A stretch of DNA of 64,000 nucleotides from Asterias rubens (Eukaryota): positions 3,782,001 through 3,846,000 of the forward strand of contig NC_047068.1 of the NCBI RefSeq assembly GCF_902459465.1, written 5' to 3'. This document shows, piece by piece, positions 27,171 through 38,260 of the stretch. The notes under the pieces were generated by a model that did not search any database, was not told where the DNA came from, and worked only from the letters and a program-made list of their open reading frames with translations. Position 1 is the first letter of the stretch, and each line of letters begins with the position of its first letter. A program made the position numbers and the translations under genes.

Positions 27171-28520
27171 TATCGATCTATCAAGGGGATGTATATCCAG
27201 ATATCAATCAAGGCACTGCGCTCATTTGCAAGTTGTATTTCTTTAAATATTCGGCCAAGTCCCCTCCTTGACCAAACAGAGATTATCTTCAGAAGTGCAA
27301 TGACGCACACGGCGGATGTATGGGATTTGCTATACTGAGATTGGAGAGAGATCTGCTTGAATGTCAGTCACTCTCATTGTGCAATCCCAAGATTACAAGC
27401 TTTATGGGAGTTAACTGTACTACCTCATATTTATGACATTTCTTTGGGAGTTGTAGTATACTTCCAGATTTGTGTCAAACTAGATTTTTATCGTGATGTA
27501 TTCAATAATAAAAAGCCACATTGACTTCTCTAACTTTTATAAATCTGTTTCTGGGATTGTTCCAGCCCATTAATATTTGAACAAATTAAGTAGTACCATG
27601 AAGCAAGAGTGCCTTCGTGCACTGTCCCTATGACATGTCAAAGTTTGATTATTTATAGTCTCACATTTAGACCCCCAGCACAGTCTTTCTCAAAGGCTTA
27701 TTTCTCATCCACTGAGACTCTACCGGGATTGAAACATGAGGCCATGAACATTCTTTTCCATTTATGAACCATCGGTCATTTTCACCTGTAAGCAGTTTAC
27801 AAAAACAAAGTTTTATTCCCCCTAATAATGAACAAACTGAACATTTACAGGTTACTATTCTAAAAACTCTTTAGGAACGCCCACAGAAAGACTAGCCTTG
27901 GTCATGAAGTGACGTCACTGGTGGAATAAGGAATGCAACTTGTCTGAATTTCATTGCTTCAACTTGAAGGCACTCTCAGCAGAGCTGACAATATCTTGCA
28001 TCAGGGATATTTTGTCCAACAACCAGGGAGATATTTAGAATATATTCAGAGTAAAAGGGACAAAAAGTCCCTAATCATGGAGAATTTCAATTTTGTTCAT
28101 CAGAACATGGAAAGATTGGTTTATTTTCAGGGAACTTTCTGCAAAACAGGGAGAGCAAACAGCTTCGATACTGTTGTGGTGGCACAGGCATTTCTTAATT
28201 TCTCATTCCACAAAGGACCTCACCGTGTAAATCATGAGTCGGGCTCGCATGATTTCTTTCTTTAAAATGTCCATTTATTGTTCATTCAAGATTTGTTTTC
28301 AGATAATAATAATCACAATATGACTTGCTACTGGCTGCTACTATTTCATAAGGATGAGGCCATGACAATTTCACCAGTGTGGGATAATAATGGTCTTATC
28401 TTAACTTATCTTATGTGTGAATTGATGGATGTGGCTGTTGCTAAGGTGAAGGCCATGTTTCAACAAACGTTGACATGGTGATCAAGTCTTAGCTGTAGCC
28501 GCTTAAAGCTTGGCTCTTAC

Positions 28521-28649
28521 CTGTCTTACGGGCTCAGCAACTCTATACCTACAGCATCGCCTGGCGAGTCGCACCGCCGTCACTAGAGATACTTTGTGGC
28601 CAACAGAGACGAAGATTGGGTTGCTGGACTTCTCGCTTCCCCGTAAGGC
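28521..28649 (-). CDS. ENDOV: Endonuclease V internal exon (ALRGSEKSSNPIFVSVGHKVSLVTAVRLARRCCRYRVAEPVRQ)
   Basis: 129 bp, ttcccag acceptor, CAG|gtaaga donor. It carries the family motifs P.F.SVGH and R..EP.RQ (human ALRSHDRSTRPLYISVGHRMSLEAAVRLTCCCCRFRIPEPVRQ). Confidence 0.95.
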
Positions 28650-29293
28650 CTGGGAATTAGTACAGAGGCAAGATGCCAAATCTGGTAATTAGAATCGGAG
28701 GTGAATTCAATCAAGATAAAGTCTGCCACATCAGCGTGAGTTTTAGACTTGAGCCAGTATCGGGAACGATCTCTCTTTTTCCTGAAGTACATGTGGATCT
28801 GGCATCGCTCATTCAGGAATCTGACAGGGTAAATAACACCGGCTTAGGGCTTCTGATGAGCAAGCTGGATGAAATGGAATGGAAATTAGATTTAAAAACA
28901 ACAGCCAAGAAAAGGTGGACAATTGTTTTTCCTCGTATTTCATAACAACTCAAACCATTAAGCGAAAAGCTGGTTTAATTTAAAACTGTTTATAATCACA
29001 CAACAATTCTCCAAACCTTTTTAGGAGGCTTTGGCAATAATACAAGCTTTGAGTTATATACCAGTATGTTACATCGACATCAGTGGTGGAATAAATTTGC
29101 CTAAGAGCATAGAGTGATCTTTACATTTGCTCTATTATAAAAACAATTCCAGGAAAAAAAAACCTTCAAGAACAACAGCTTTATGAAATTTGACTTGAGT
29201 CATATCAAGAGCTGAGTATTGTCTTTGTGATGGCAAGTTAACTAATGACAAATCCTGATATTAGGAAAAAAATTACAAACCTCAGACCTGCTT

Positions 29294-29647
29294 ATAATAA
29301 TAATAATAGCCAGTTTTAATAAAGCACTTTTCACTACCAGAGGGCGTCCCAAAGTGCCTCACATTATTACCCCTGGTCACTGGGCCTTAAATCACCCCTT
29401 AAACCATCTCAGCTCCCTGGTGAATGCAGCCTGTGCCACATTAATATGCGCTACTAGGCTAAATCAATCACAAGAACCATCTCTGCCCTCACAGGTACCC
29501 ATTTACCCCTGGGTGGAGAGAAGCAATTATAGTTAAGTGTCTTGCTCGGGGACACAAGTGTCATGACCGGGATTCGAACCCACACTCTGCTGAACAAAAG
29601 CACCAGAGCTTGAGTTCGGTGTTCTTATCCACTCGGACACGACAACC
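29294..29647 (-). mobile_element. tRNA-derived SINE family 2a, full length
   Basis: B box gggttcgaatccc, gtgtccccgagcaagacacttaac, ctctccacccaggggtaaatgggtacc, and a (TAT)n tail. A partial plus-strand copy lies at 37680-37800. Confidence 0.85.
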
Positions 29648-31289
29648 CTGCTTGAAATGTCATCAGTTGGTTGCAAGTCTTTTCAGGGAATGAGGATTGG
29701 ATGGTTACATCTATAACCCTTGTGTAAACAAACTCAAACCAAACACCTTTACTTTAACCAGACCAAAGATTAATATCGATTCAAGCTTTCTGGTTTGAGG
29801 CAGTTGTCTATTGGCAAACACTCTATGAGTTTACTCATGATCTGTAGATGATAGATCACTCCTCAGTGCGCCACGCCCAATTTGCAGTCCGATTAAAAAA
29901 GATAGACAAATACATGCACAATATTTCCACTGGATAAGCCATTGTGAGGACACAATACAACGGACACTTTGTGGTTTGGGTAAATCTGTCTGTTTGTGTA
30001 GCATTTTGCTCTGCTATACAAGGGAAATCGTTCAACTTTACGTAACAGTTATACGAGTACCAGACTAATGTTGAATTGAAAAACAATTTTTAACGTAACA
30101 TGAGAATGTGTGTAGGCTATGACTTCTCAATGACTAAGTTGTGATATATTTACAAAAGTTCACACTCGAAAATAATTTGAAGCTTTCAACAACAACGTGT
30201 AAATGTTTCGTTCATCGAGGGCAGTGCGGAACGGAAACTTCAGCGGGCACAATAGAATTGCGTTTGTGCTAGGGCCAAGCAAGGATATGAAGTGATTTTG
30301 CCGTCTTTAAAGATGGAATACATGATGACGCATGAGGTTTGTAGAGACGATAGCGGATCGAAACCCTGTGGAAAACGCATGGACAATGTAACAAACCGGA
30401 ACCAGCAATGGTAAGGTTCGCCGATGCATGACCCAATAATCAACATCGTGGGCTAGTTTAGTCCGCTTGACCAGAATAAACTCACTGTGTGAACGCAAGC
30501 CAATTTTGGACTAAGTCATGTTTATCTTTTGGACACCCGCGGTGCTCGGATTAAGGACTAGTTTAACCCCACTCTGAACATACCCTAATACACCAATGCG
30601 ATAAACACTGTATACTCTGTCCCTTAAACTATGTACTCAGTACTTCCCGAGTGTGCGGGACAACATCTAAACGGGTGTGAGTTGAACCCACGAGCGAAAA
30701 GGTCTTAGTCACTGCCAACCGTGCGTGCCCGGTGTTGAACGGTCAGTTTGCGAGATCCTAAAAGCACAGAGTACACATGCTTGTAAGTCAACCTTTGGTG
30801 CTAGAGTAAAGCCAACAATAACATTCTTTATCCCTGACTAAATTATATTATCTAAATGCAGCCTGTTATAAAAACATGACCTGTCTCGGAACAACCACTT
30901 CATGACTTCCACCATTCAAGATGTCTCCAGTAGTGAAAGGGAAAGTGGACATTTGAAGTGGTTTAATGCATGGCCAACTTTTTCTCTCGGCGCATATTTT
31001 TCTTACATGAGTTTGCAGTTCAGCTTTTGTGCTTGCAATCCAACTATAATGAAATCCACTGCGAAGATGTTTGGATGGTTTACCTGGGAAATTTTTAACC
31101 CCAACAATCACCCCAATGCTCGTTCACACCTGATGAAATTTTCCCAGGGAAACATTAACACTCAGCGGTTCGCTAAAACCCCTGCTTTGTCTCACCCTCT
31201 ACACACTAAACGACTTTCCTTGGAAACTCCGGGGGCAAGTGGGTGATCTTTCTTTGCATAATTTATAAATTGATCTCTGGTACACGTCG

Positions 31290-31520
31290 TTAAATGTCTG
31301 TCGCCGTGACAGTGTTCCGACTCTATTCCGAATCTCCCCACAATTCCCGCGGTATTCTCGTGAGACTGCTGGTTCCGCGTAACTACTGCTCTCACGACTA
31401 CGCTCCCATTTAACGAGGAGTAGAAGTCGGAAACCAGCAGTCCGCGCGAGAGCAGTGATCTCACGAGAGCACCGCCACAACTCGACTATCTCACCGCGGC
31501 AGATCATTAAAGACTTGTCC
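31290..31520. promoter_or_regulatory. CpG-rich, promoter-like patch inside an ENDOV intron
   Basis: Local CpG enrichment, with tctcgtgaga (31356-31365) and its reverse complement tctcacgaga (31459-31468). Confidence 0.3.
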
Positions 31521-31895
31521 ACAAGTCTAGGTACAGACAAACTTCAGATAATTAGAGATTTCTGCAGAATAGCTACACCTGCTGGGGAAAAGGGTTCAAG
31601 TGAGATTTTTCCCCATCAGGACAGTGCATTTAGTAAGTATTTTTTTTAAGCCTTGCACGGAACGGACAAACAGGAAGAAACTGTAGTATACTCTGCTTGT
31701 CTTAAACTCTGCTCGCCTTCAGAGTCACACTGTTCAAAACGTTGAGACCACACCGGCTCTTTTCAGAGCCAACACTCCCACTAAAGAGATTTACACATGA
31801 TTGAACCAGAAAGTTCAATTTTTTTCATAGTTTCTTCCCATTGCATTTGGTATAAAATAACCATGGAGTGGTGTTACAAGTTAACATTCCCCAGG

Positions 31896-32036
31896 AATGG
31901 GAGACTTTGGGGCGCTAGGTGGCAGCAGACTTACCATGTAAATTGCCATTGTTAACGTAGTTCTGAACATGCCCATACTACTGTAAACAATGGATTTATC
32001 TGATAAGTCTGCTGCCACCTAGCGTTCCCAAAGTGA
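31896..32036. mobile_element. Palindromic MITE, same family as 42945-43094
   Basis: aatgggagactttggggcgctaggtggcagcagactta ... taagtctgctgccacctagcgttcccaaag. Confidence 0.85.
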
Positions 32037-32452
32037 CATTTCTTGGGGTTTTATTTCCTGGGCTCAGTAGTAAAAAGGGTGTTGTCACATATAGATACCC
32101 AAGAAAAAAGGTCAAAATAACACCAAAGTAATTGTGTTGCCAGAGTTTAGTGTCATTTTAACACCTTATAATGTAAATTGTGATTTTGTTTGTGTCTTTA
32201 CCAGACATTACCCAAGGTGTCAATTTTAACACCTCAGATTTTTCAGTGTAAGCTGAGGTACCTACTAGCTAAATATAAGAATGTCATGGGAATTTACAAG
32301 GGTTAGAAAAGCTCAGGTGTGAACAATAGTTCAAGTGTGAACAAAATCCACAATTTGGTCTCGTGCGGAAGTTGCTTTGGGGTAATCTCCAGCAGAAAAG
32401 AAGAATACTGCGAGAGGAGAGTGAAAATTTAGAATATCAAGGAGAAAATTAC

Positions 32453-32521
32453 CATTCCGAGGGTTCTTCCTGAGGTGGTAATCAATGGGAATGTGTCTCC
32501 GTCACATGAGAGTTCAGCAAC
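32453..32521 (-). CDS. ENDOV: Endonuclease V internal exon (VAELSCDGDTFPLITTSGRTLGM)
   Basis: 69 bp, phase 0-0, with a polypyrimidine tract plus ctgcag acceptor and ATG|gtaatt donor. The peptide matches human ENDOV IRLLQTRGDSFPLLGDSGTVLGM as recalled and joins the next exon in frame. Confidence 0.9.
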
Positions 32522-32619
32522 CTGCAGAGTTTCAACCAAACAAAATAGAAAGACAAGCAACATCAAAATATGCAAAATAATTAAAGCCTCAAGCTTTTTT
32601 CTCTCAGAACTGACAAAAT

Positions 32620-32870
32620 CCCCCCCACAGAAGTGTGGATGGGGTCTACGAACGAATACTTACCGGTAGAGTCGAATTACTAATTTGCATATTCCCTATG
32701 CCGCCAGGCAATATTGCTAAGACTTTACACACAATAGCGCCCTCCACCGTCCTACCCACAATGCCCCATGACATGCTTGCCACAAAGTCTTCCTCTTTTC
32801 TCTTACATTGTCTTAGCCACAGTTGGGTGAGGACGTAAATAATTCTGTGTCCAACAGTTTACCGTTTTTA
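32620..32870 (-). repeat. DIRS 3' inverted terminal repeat plus 3' extension
   Basis: Pairs with 36128-36305. The segment 32623-32671 is the perfect reverse complement of ICR half 33230-33278. Confidence 0.95.
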
Positions 32871-33229
32871 AAATGAAATAAAAACACCTTACCTTTATTG
32901 CTGAGATTTAAAATAAAGACTGAGATTGAAGATAGTAGAGTTGTTGTTTAGTTGAAGTGTTTTAGATAAAGATCGTTATAAATGAGTAGTTCAATGGAAC
33001 TTGGGGAGGGCTTTGACTATTGGAACTGGGGTTACGTCCATTCCCCCGGGACAGTCGGAGGGCTGCGCCGGTGACACTCCGTCGCTGGGCTCGCCCTTCA
33101 ACCGGCCCCCGCAGCCTCAGTCGGCTGCGTCGGCTGGGGGACCCACTGACCAAGTCGTCCTCTTTTCTATGAGCCCTACAAAAATGTAAGCACCCAAGAA
33201 CCGAGTATGTGGGGAAGGAGGGAGGGAAA

Positions 33230-33331
33230 CTCTACCGGTAAGTATTCGTTCGTAGACCCCATCCACACTTCTGTGGGGAGGGGGAGTCTACTTCACTCTA
33301 CCTACCAGTAGAGTCGAATTACTAATTTGCA
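33230..33331. repeat. DIRS internal complementary region (ICR)
   Basis: 33230-33278 is a 49/49 inverted match to the 3' terminus. 33286-33331 is a 44/46 inverted match to the 5' terminus (36259-36304). A 7-nt purine spacer separates the two halves. Confidence 0.95.
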
Positions 33332-33569
33332 TAGACTCACACGGAGGAAAGGCGGTGGGTATACGCGGTGCTACTGCATGTCTTTAGGGGCGTAGGACCC
33401 AGGTGCGCTCCAAAGTTCAGAGAACGCCTCGCGGACCCTAGGCCCGATTAAGGTCCATGCCCGAATGAATGGAGGTTTCGTCTCCATGGGTGAACAGAAC
33501 TTATTGTAATGTTAGCCCTCTATTATATGGGAAAATCACATACAAGCGTGATCCCTAACGAGGTGGAGC

Positions 33570-34740
33570 TTCTTCAGGCTTCACAGCTCGGCTGGCCGCC
33601 TGCAACACGGCTCAACCTGCTCTTCCATCCACCTGCAGACCGTCCTTCAGGTAGCAGTCGGAGAACATGTAAGGGTTCTTCCAGGAAGCCGCCCTTGTGA
33701 TATCCTTCATTTTTTTTTAAAGAAAATCCATGAGGAATACACCCCCGCATCTCGCGGGCATGAACCGGACTAACGGCCGCAGGCCCCCGCCCAGCACCAA
33801 ACGAATAGCTGTGACTATACAACATGCGATCGTATCGCGAGACGCCGGTCGGAATGGTGGAACCGTGGACACAAACAGTCGTTTGTGGCCGGTTCTGATT
33901 GACTTTGTGCGGTCGACATACCACCTAATGCCCGTACAGGGCACCAAACGAATAGCTGTGACTATCCAACATGCGATCGTATCGCGAGACAACGGTCGGA
34001 ATGGTGGAACCGTGGACACAAACAGTCGTTTGTGGCCGGTTCTGATTGACTTTGTGCGGTCGACATACCACCTAATGCCCGTACAGGGCACCAAAGTCTG
34101 TCGACCACGACCGCCAAAAAAGGCTTTAAGGTCGGGGACAAAGGTGTCTGGGGGTTCTAAAGAATCGGACTGAATCTTAGCCAAGAACCCCGCAGAAGGT
34201 ATAAGGCGGACTCCTCCGAGTTCCCCCCGGATGTGTCCAGCCAACACTGTAAGGTAGTGGAGTTTGCTACGTCGGGAAGACGTAGCCACTGCCACCAGAA
34301 AGCCACCTTGATAGACAAGTGCAACAATGTGGCCCACAATAGCGGTTCGAAGGGGGTTTGGTTAGAACTGACAATACGCTAAAGAGGTCCAAGGGTTGGA
34401 CCATCTTGCACACAGGGGGACGGGTTAACAAACATCCCCCTAGTCAGCTGCCGGATTGCCTGGTTATCGGAAAACCGTCGATCCACCGGCAAACCCCGCG
34501 TGAAACGCTGCGATGGCTGACCGGTAATCCTTCACCGTGGCCGTCGCCAGCACGCTTTCAAAGGTACCAGGGGAAATCCCTGATGTATTGGCGGGATGTA
34601 TAGCTCGCCGTCTACACTATTTAAAGAAATGGTTTAGTTGGCAATCATATAATCTCCGAATGGAGGCCCTCCAAGATTGGGCGGACACCTCCGCAGCCCG
34701 TCTCGAGAGGCCCACTGCTCTGAGGGGTCCCCAGACAGCG
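33570..34740 (-). pseudogene. DIRS tyrosine recombinase remnant (frameshifts, 147-bp internal duplication)
   Basis: Motifs across frames: ATVKDYRSAIAAFH, PFEPL, FLVAVATSSRRSKL, GFLAK, RWYVDRTK..R....LFVS, SRDTIACWI, HAREMRG, RAASW. Confidence 0.9.
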
Positions 34741-34768
34741 CCCAGCATCTCAGGTGTCGGATGAATCA

Positions 34769-35185
34769 CTATGGATCCGGGCTGGTATATAAGGTCCTGT
34801 CGTTCAGAAGGACCATCGGACTGTGTACCAGGAGCCTGACCAGCCCAGGGAACCAGGGCTGTGGTGGCCAGATTGGGGCGATCAAAGAACCTTGCAGCAA
34901 TCCTGCTCGATCTCGGTCAGCACCCCCGTAATGAGGGAGATGGCGTAGGCGTACGTCGGCAGCCCGTCTCAGTGCATGGCCAGTGTGTCGATCTGCCAAG
35001 CCTCTGGCACAGTAGATCGGCAGCTGCTTGTTCGTCAGAGGGGCAAACAAGTCCACTGAAGGCCAGTCAATCAGCAGAAAGAGCGGCTGGGCCACCCAGG
35101 CAGAGGGACGGAGTGGGCGGAGGGACCACTCTGTCGAAATAATCCGACCCCGGGAGAGGGCGTCGGCTGTACCAGTTTCCTTCAT
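34769..35185 (-). pseudogene. DIRS RNase H C-terminus and Dam-like methyltransferase domain remnant
   Basis: ADALSR..EWSL, VDLFA, NKQLPIYC and LIAPIWPPQPWFPGL are typical of the DIRS MT-like domain. Confidence 0.8.
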
Positions 35186-35460
35186 TGGGATGGAGACCGT
35201 CGACAGAGAAGTCCCCTGCTGTATGCACCAGTGGAGTTAAACGACCGGGTGCCCCCCTGGTGGTTGATATACGCCACGACTGTAGCGTTGTCGGAATGCA
35301 CCAGGACGGCTTGCCCCGTCAACTGCGCCAGGAAACGCTGAAGGGCATTGCGGTCCACCAGCATTTCCAGGTTTGAGAGATGTTCTGGGCCCCATACCCC
35401 TGCTATCTGGCGAGGGTAAAGGGTCACCCCCAGCCATACAGAGACGCATCGGTTAATCGA
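35182..35460 (-). pseudogene. DIRS RNase H remnant (frameshifted)
   Basis: Motifs TDASLYGWG, LEML and VLVHSDNATVVAYINHQGGTRS; ADALSR follows in the next frame. Confidence 0.9.
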
Positions 35461-36127
35461 GTAAGGCGGCCCTGCAAAAGTCCGTCAACGACCTTCGTGG
35501 GGGAACCCACGTGGTCAGCGAGGGCCGGGTAAGCCGAGCAGTGTGGAGAGGGGGATGCCCTCCAGCTGCAGCAACCCCGAGGCCGGGTCGAGAGAGGGCA
35601 CGGTGCGCTCCGGATTGGAGCCACCCCTAGCCCTACTTCTTCTAGTTACCGCCCCAACACCAGCTTTCTTTGTCTTGCTTGGGCGTTTAACCTTCGATTG
35701 GGTAGACCATGGAGGAATAATTAGGAATTAATCTTTCTCCATGGGTAGACCCACGCACACTGCTGACCAGAGAAGTGGAACGGAAGTCTCCCCTCCTTGG
35801 GAGGTCCGCCAGCCGGCGCAGCCGACTGAGGCTACGGGGGCCGGTTGAATGGCTTGCCTTTCTGGGAGCCAGACATAGACGCGTCAGATCGCTTGACGGT
35901 GAATGTCGGGCGTGACGGTCTTTCTTGGTATTCTGTCTCTTGTGCAGATATCGGTCCCGGGTTGAATCTGAGGCCCTCTCGGAGGAAATCTGGGCAACCG
36001 GGACGCCCAGTAACGGGTATAAATCCGAAGAGGAGGGCGGGCCCTGTGAGCGGGCCGTGCCAGGGGACTCCCAGCTACCCAACTCCACGTCACCAATCCT
36101 TCTACCCATCGCAAGTGCACCACCGCC

Positions 36128-36305
36128 TAAAAACGGTAAACTGTTGGACACAGAATTATTTACGTCCTCACCCAACTGTGGCTAAGAGAAAAGAGGAAGA
36201 CTTCGTGGCAAGCATGTCATGGGGCATTGTGGGTAGGACGGTGGAGGGCGCTAATTTGTGCAAATTAGTAATTCGACTCTACCGGTAAGTAGAGTGAAGT
36301 AGACC
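36128..36305 (-). repeat. DIRS 5' inverted terminal repeat
   Basis: Reverse complement of 32643-32870 (cttaccggtagagtcgaattactaatttgca...ccaacagtttaccgttttta), apart from about 40-nt and 10-nt indels and a 9-nt bubble near the end. Confidence 0.95.
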
Positions 36306-37829
36306 AAGGCCTTTTTCCTGTTAAATCTAGGGACAGGTTTTTTGTCCACTTGTTGTTGTTTTTTTATTCAAAAAGGAAGTGGAACTTGTAAAGTATAAGA
36401 CTGAAAGTGTGGTCAGGCGCCTATGTTTTTATATATTTCTATATTTCAATAGAAGGCATTTATTTGGCGCCTTTTATTTGACCATTGTATCAAACTGCTG
36501 CCATTTCAATTGCTGCTTCCCAACTAAAAAGACCTACGGTATCAATGCTAAACTGATTTATAGCAACTGCCTCAAGTTTGCCCTGTAGCAGACTAAAAAG
36601 CTTTAAAGAGAAGTTCTAGAAAAGAAACCATTCAACTGTGGCCGATGGGCAGACTAATCAAAACATTATGACAATTGCAGAGTAATAAAAAGACCTTTTT
36701 TTACGAATACCAAAACTGCTAAAAAGTATAATAAACTGGAATTTAAAGAACACCTTTTCCAGAGGTTGCAAAGCGCTTTAGGATGTTTTTAAAACACAAA
36801 TAAATCTAAAACAAAGATGGCACAAAATAAAAGTCAATAACAACAAAACAAGTGGGTAGTGGATGATTCAATTGAGTTTGCTTTACTACTGTTTTGCAAC
36901 TATCACAAAGTGAATCCCATGGGGCCGTGACCGATTGGAGAAGGTTCGGTCTCCTGGTTTAGTGCTTGAGTGTTTGTTATCAAAAATTATTTCCCAGTTA
37001 TTAAAAATAAATAAAAAAACAATGCCTTTATAGAATGGCATTAGTACATAGATCATACTGGTATTAATTAGATATTTTCCCTATCATCCGTCCACTCATA
37101 ACGCCATTGCAAGCATCATAACACTTAGGTGCAGTCAATGTCCTCGGTACCAGTTTCTATCAACAAGATTATTAACCCATCGTTATAGAAAAGAAACCAA
37201 AGGTGATCATATCCACCGGTGTTTGCACTCTGTAATCCAGCTTTTAGATCTCACGGCACACACTGAGCGCAATTCATCATGGACATCATTCGTGCCTCTA
37301 CATACTAAACCCGCATGGACAGCCCTAAAATTGATCTCTCCAAGAGATACTAGCATCCGAAACAATGTTTCCCGTGGGGCAAAAGGAAACGGTGTTCCGC
37401 TGTGAGGCAAACCAAATTCATCCGCAGGGAATACAGACTCAAGTGTATGAAACTATTGACCTGTATCTTCCGCACACACTTACAACACATCTTCACATTT
37501 TGAAAGAATTGTTCATTCCCCGTCTTTTACTTTCAAAGAAATATATTATAAAAAAAGCCTCCCTATTTGGTAGCTATATTTTAAAGAGAACAAACATATT
37601 CTGTTTCCCTATGTCTAACCAAAACAACATAAATAAACAAACAATCAAACAACACTGCGGAATCAACTTCTCTATAACTCGAGAACTGACAGCTAGGTCA
37701 TCAAAATGTGGGTTTGAATCTCGGCCGTGTTATTCTGTCCTTAGGCAAGACACTTTAACCTTAATTGCTTCCCATCACCCAGGAGTAAATGGGTAACTAT
37801 GTGATGACAGTGTTGGTTACTATGAATAG

Positions 37830-38260
37830 TTTTCAATTAGAAAGTTGCATGTCTGTTATTTGCTCTAACTATAGGGTATTTTATGAGTCGATGATGAAAA
37901 AAGTATCGAACGGAGACGACGCTTTCGCTAATTGTCAAGTGGCATGTTTCGGTCACCAAAAAGTCAACTCATTCTTATAAAACTTAAATCTATTATGTTT
38001 TCTCTGTGAAACAGTGGCTCAAGCCCTGTGGCGAATACTGATTCCGTTGTGCGTTTCCGAGTAACATGAGTGGAGCATAAGAGTTTTTAATTTGCTGAAA
38101 TCGTATTCTCAACATGTCTACTCTGGAAAAAACATCATATAATATCTGTCTTTTGTTCAATAACTCGTATGCAATTAAGCCAGTGGCAGTAGACACAATT
38201 GTTCCCCCTTTGGTCGGATTTACAGGGGGGTTTGCCCTTAGGACAAAAACAGAAAACGGT
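37830..38260. mobile_element. Dispersed repeat, same family as 20740-21240
   Basis: Reverse-complement similarity over about 430 bp. Confidence 0.8.

Larger units (their letters stand above)
32620..36305 (-). mobile_element. DIRS1-type tyrosine-recombinase retrotransposon, internally deleted and non-autonomous
   Basis: Inverted terminal repeats, an ICR complementary to both ends, and RNase H, MT-like and YR remnants in DIRS order. No RT motifs and no TSD were seen. Confidence 0.95.

Noticed and set aside
27665-27788. Possible extra minus-strand exon (ENDRWFINGKECSWPHVS...)
   Set aside because: The flanking ENDOV exons join in frame and collinearly with the human protein without it, and its donor is weak.
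27954-28945. Plus-strand ORFs of 103 aa and 90 aa flanking an ENDOV exon
   Set aside because: No recognisable domain or coherent splice pattern; their lengths are compatible with chance.
33097-33143. HDV-like ribozyme (resembles the 5' half of HDV: ccggc...agcctc...gctg(g)cgccggctgg)
   Set aside because: P3 would be 6 bp with a 6-nt loop, P1 has a mismatch, and no convincing J4/2 (C-purine-A) followed by a P2 3' strand was found. It is kept only as a conserved hairpin.
33730-35142. Plus-strand ORFs across the DIRS
   Set aside because: They are antisense shadows of GC-rich DIRS coding sequence; all recognisable motifs are on the minus strand.
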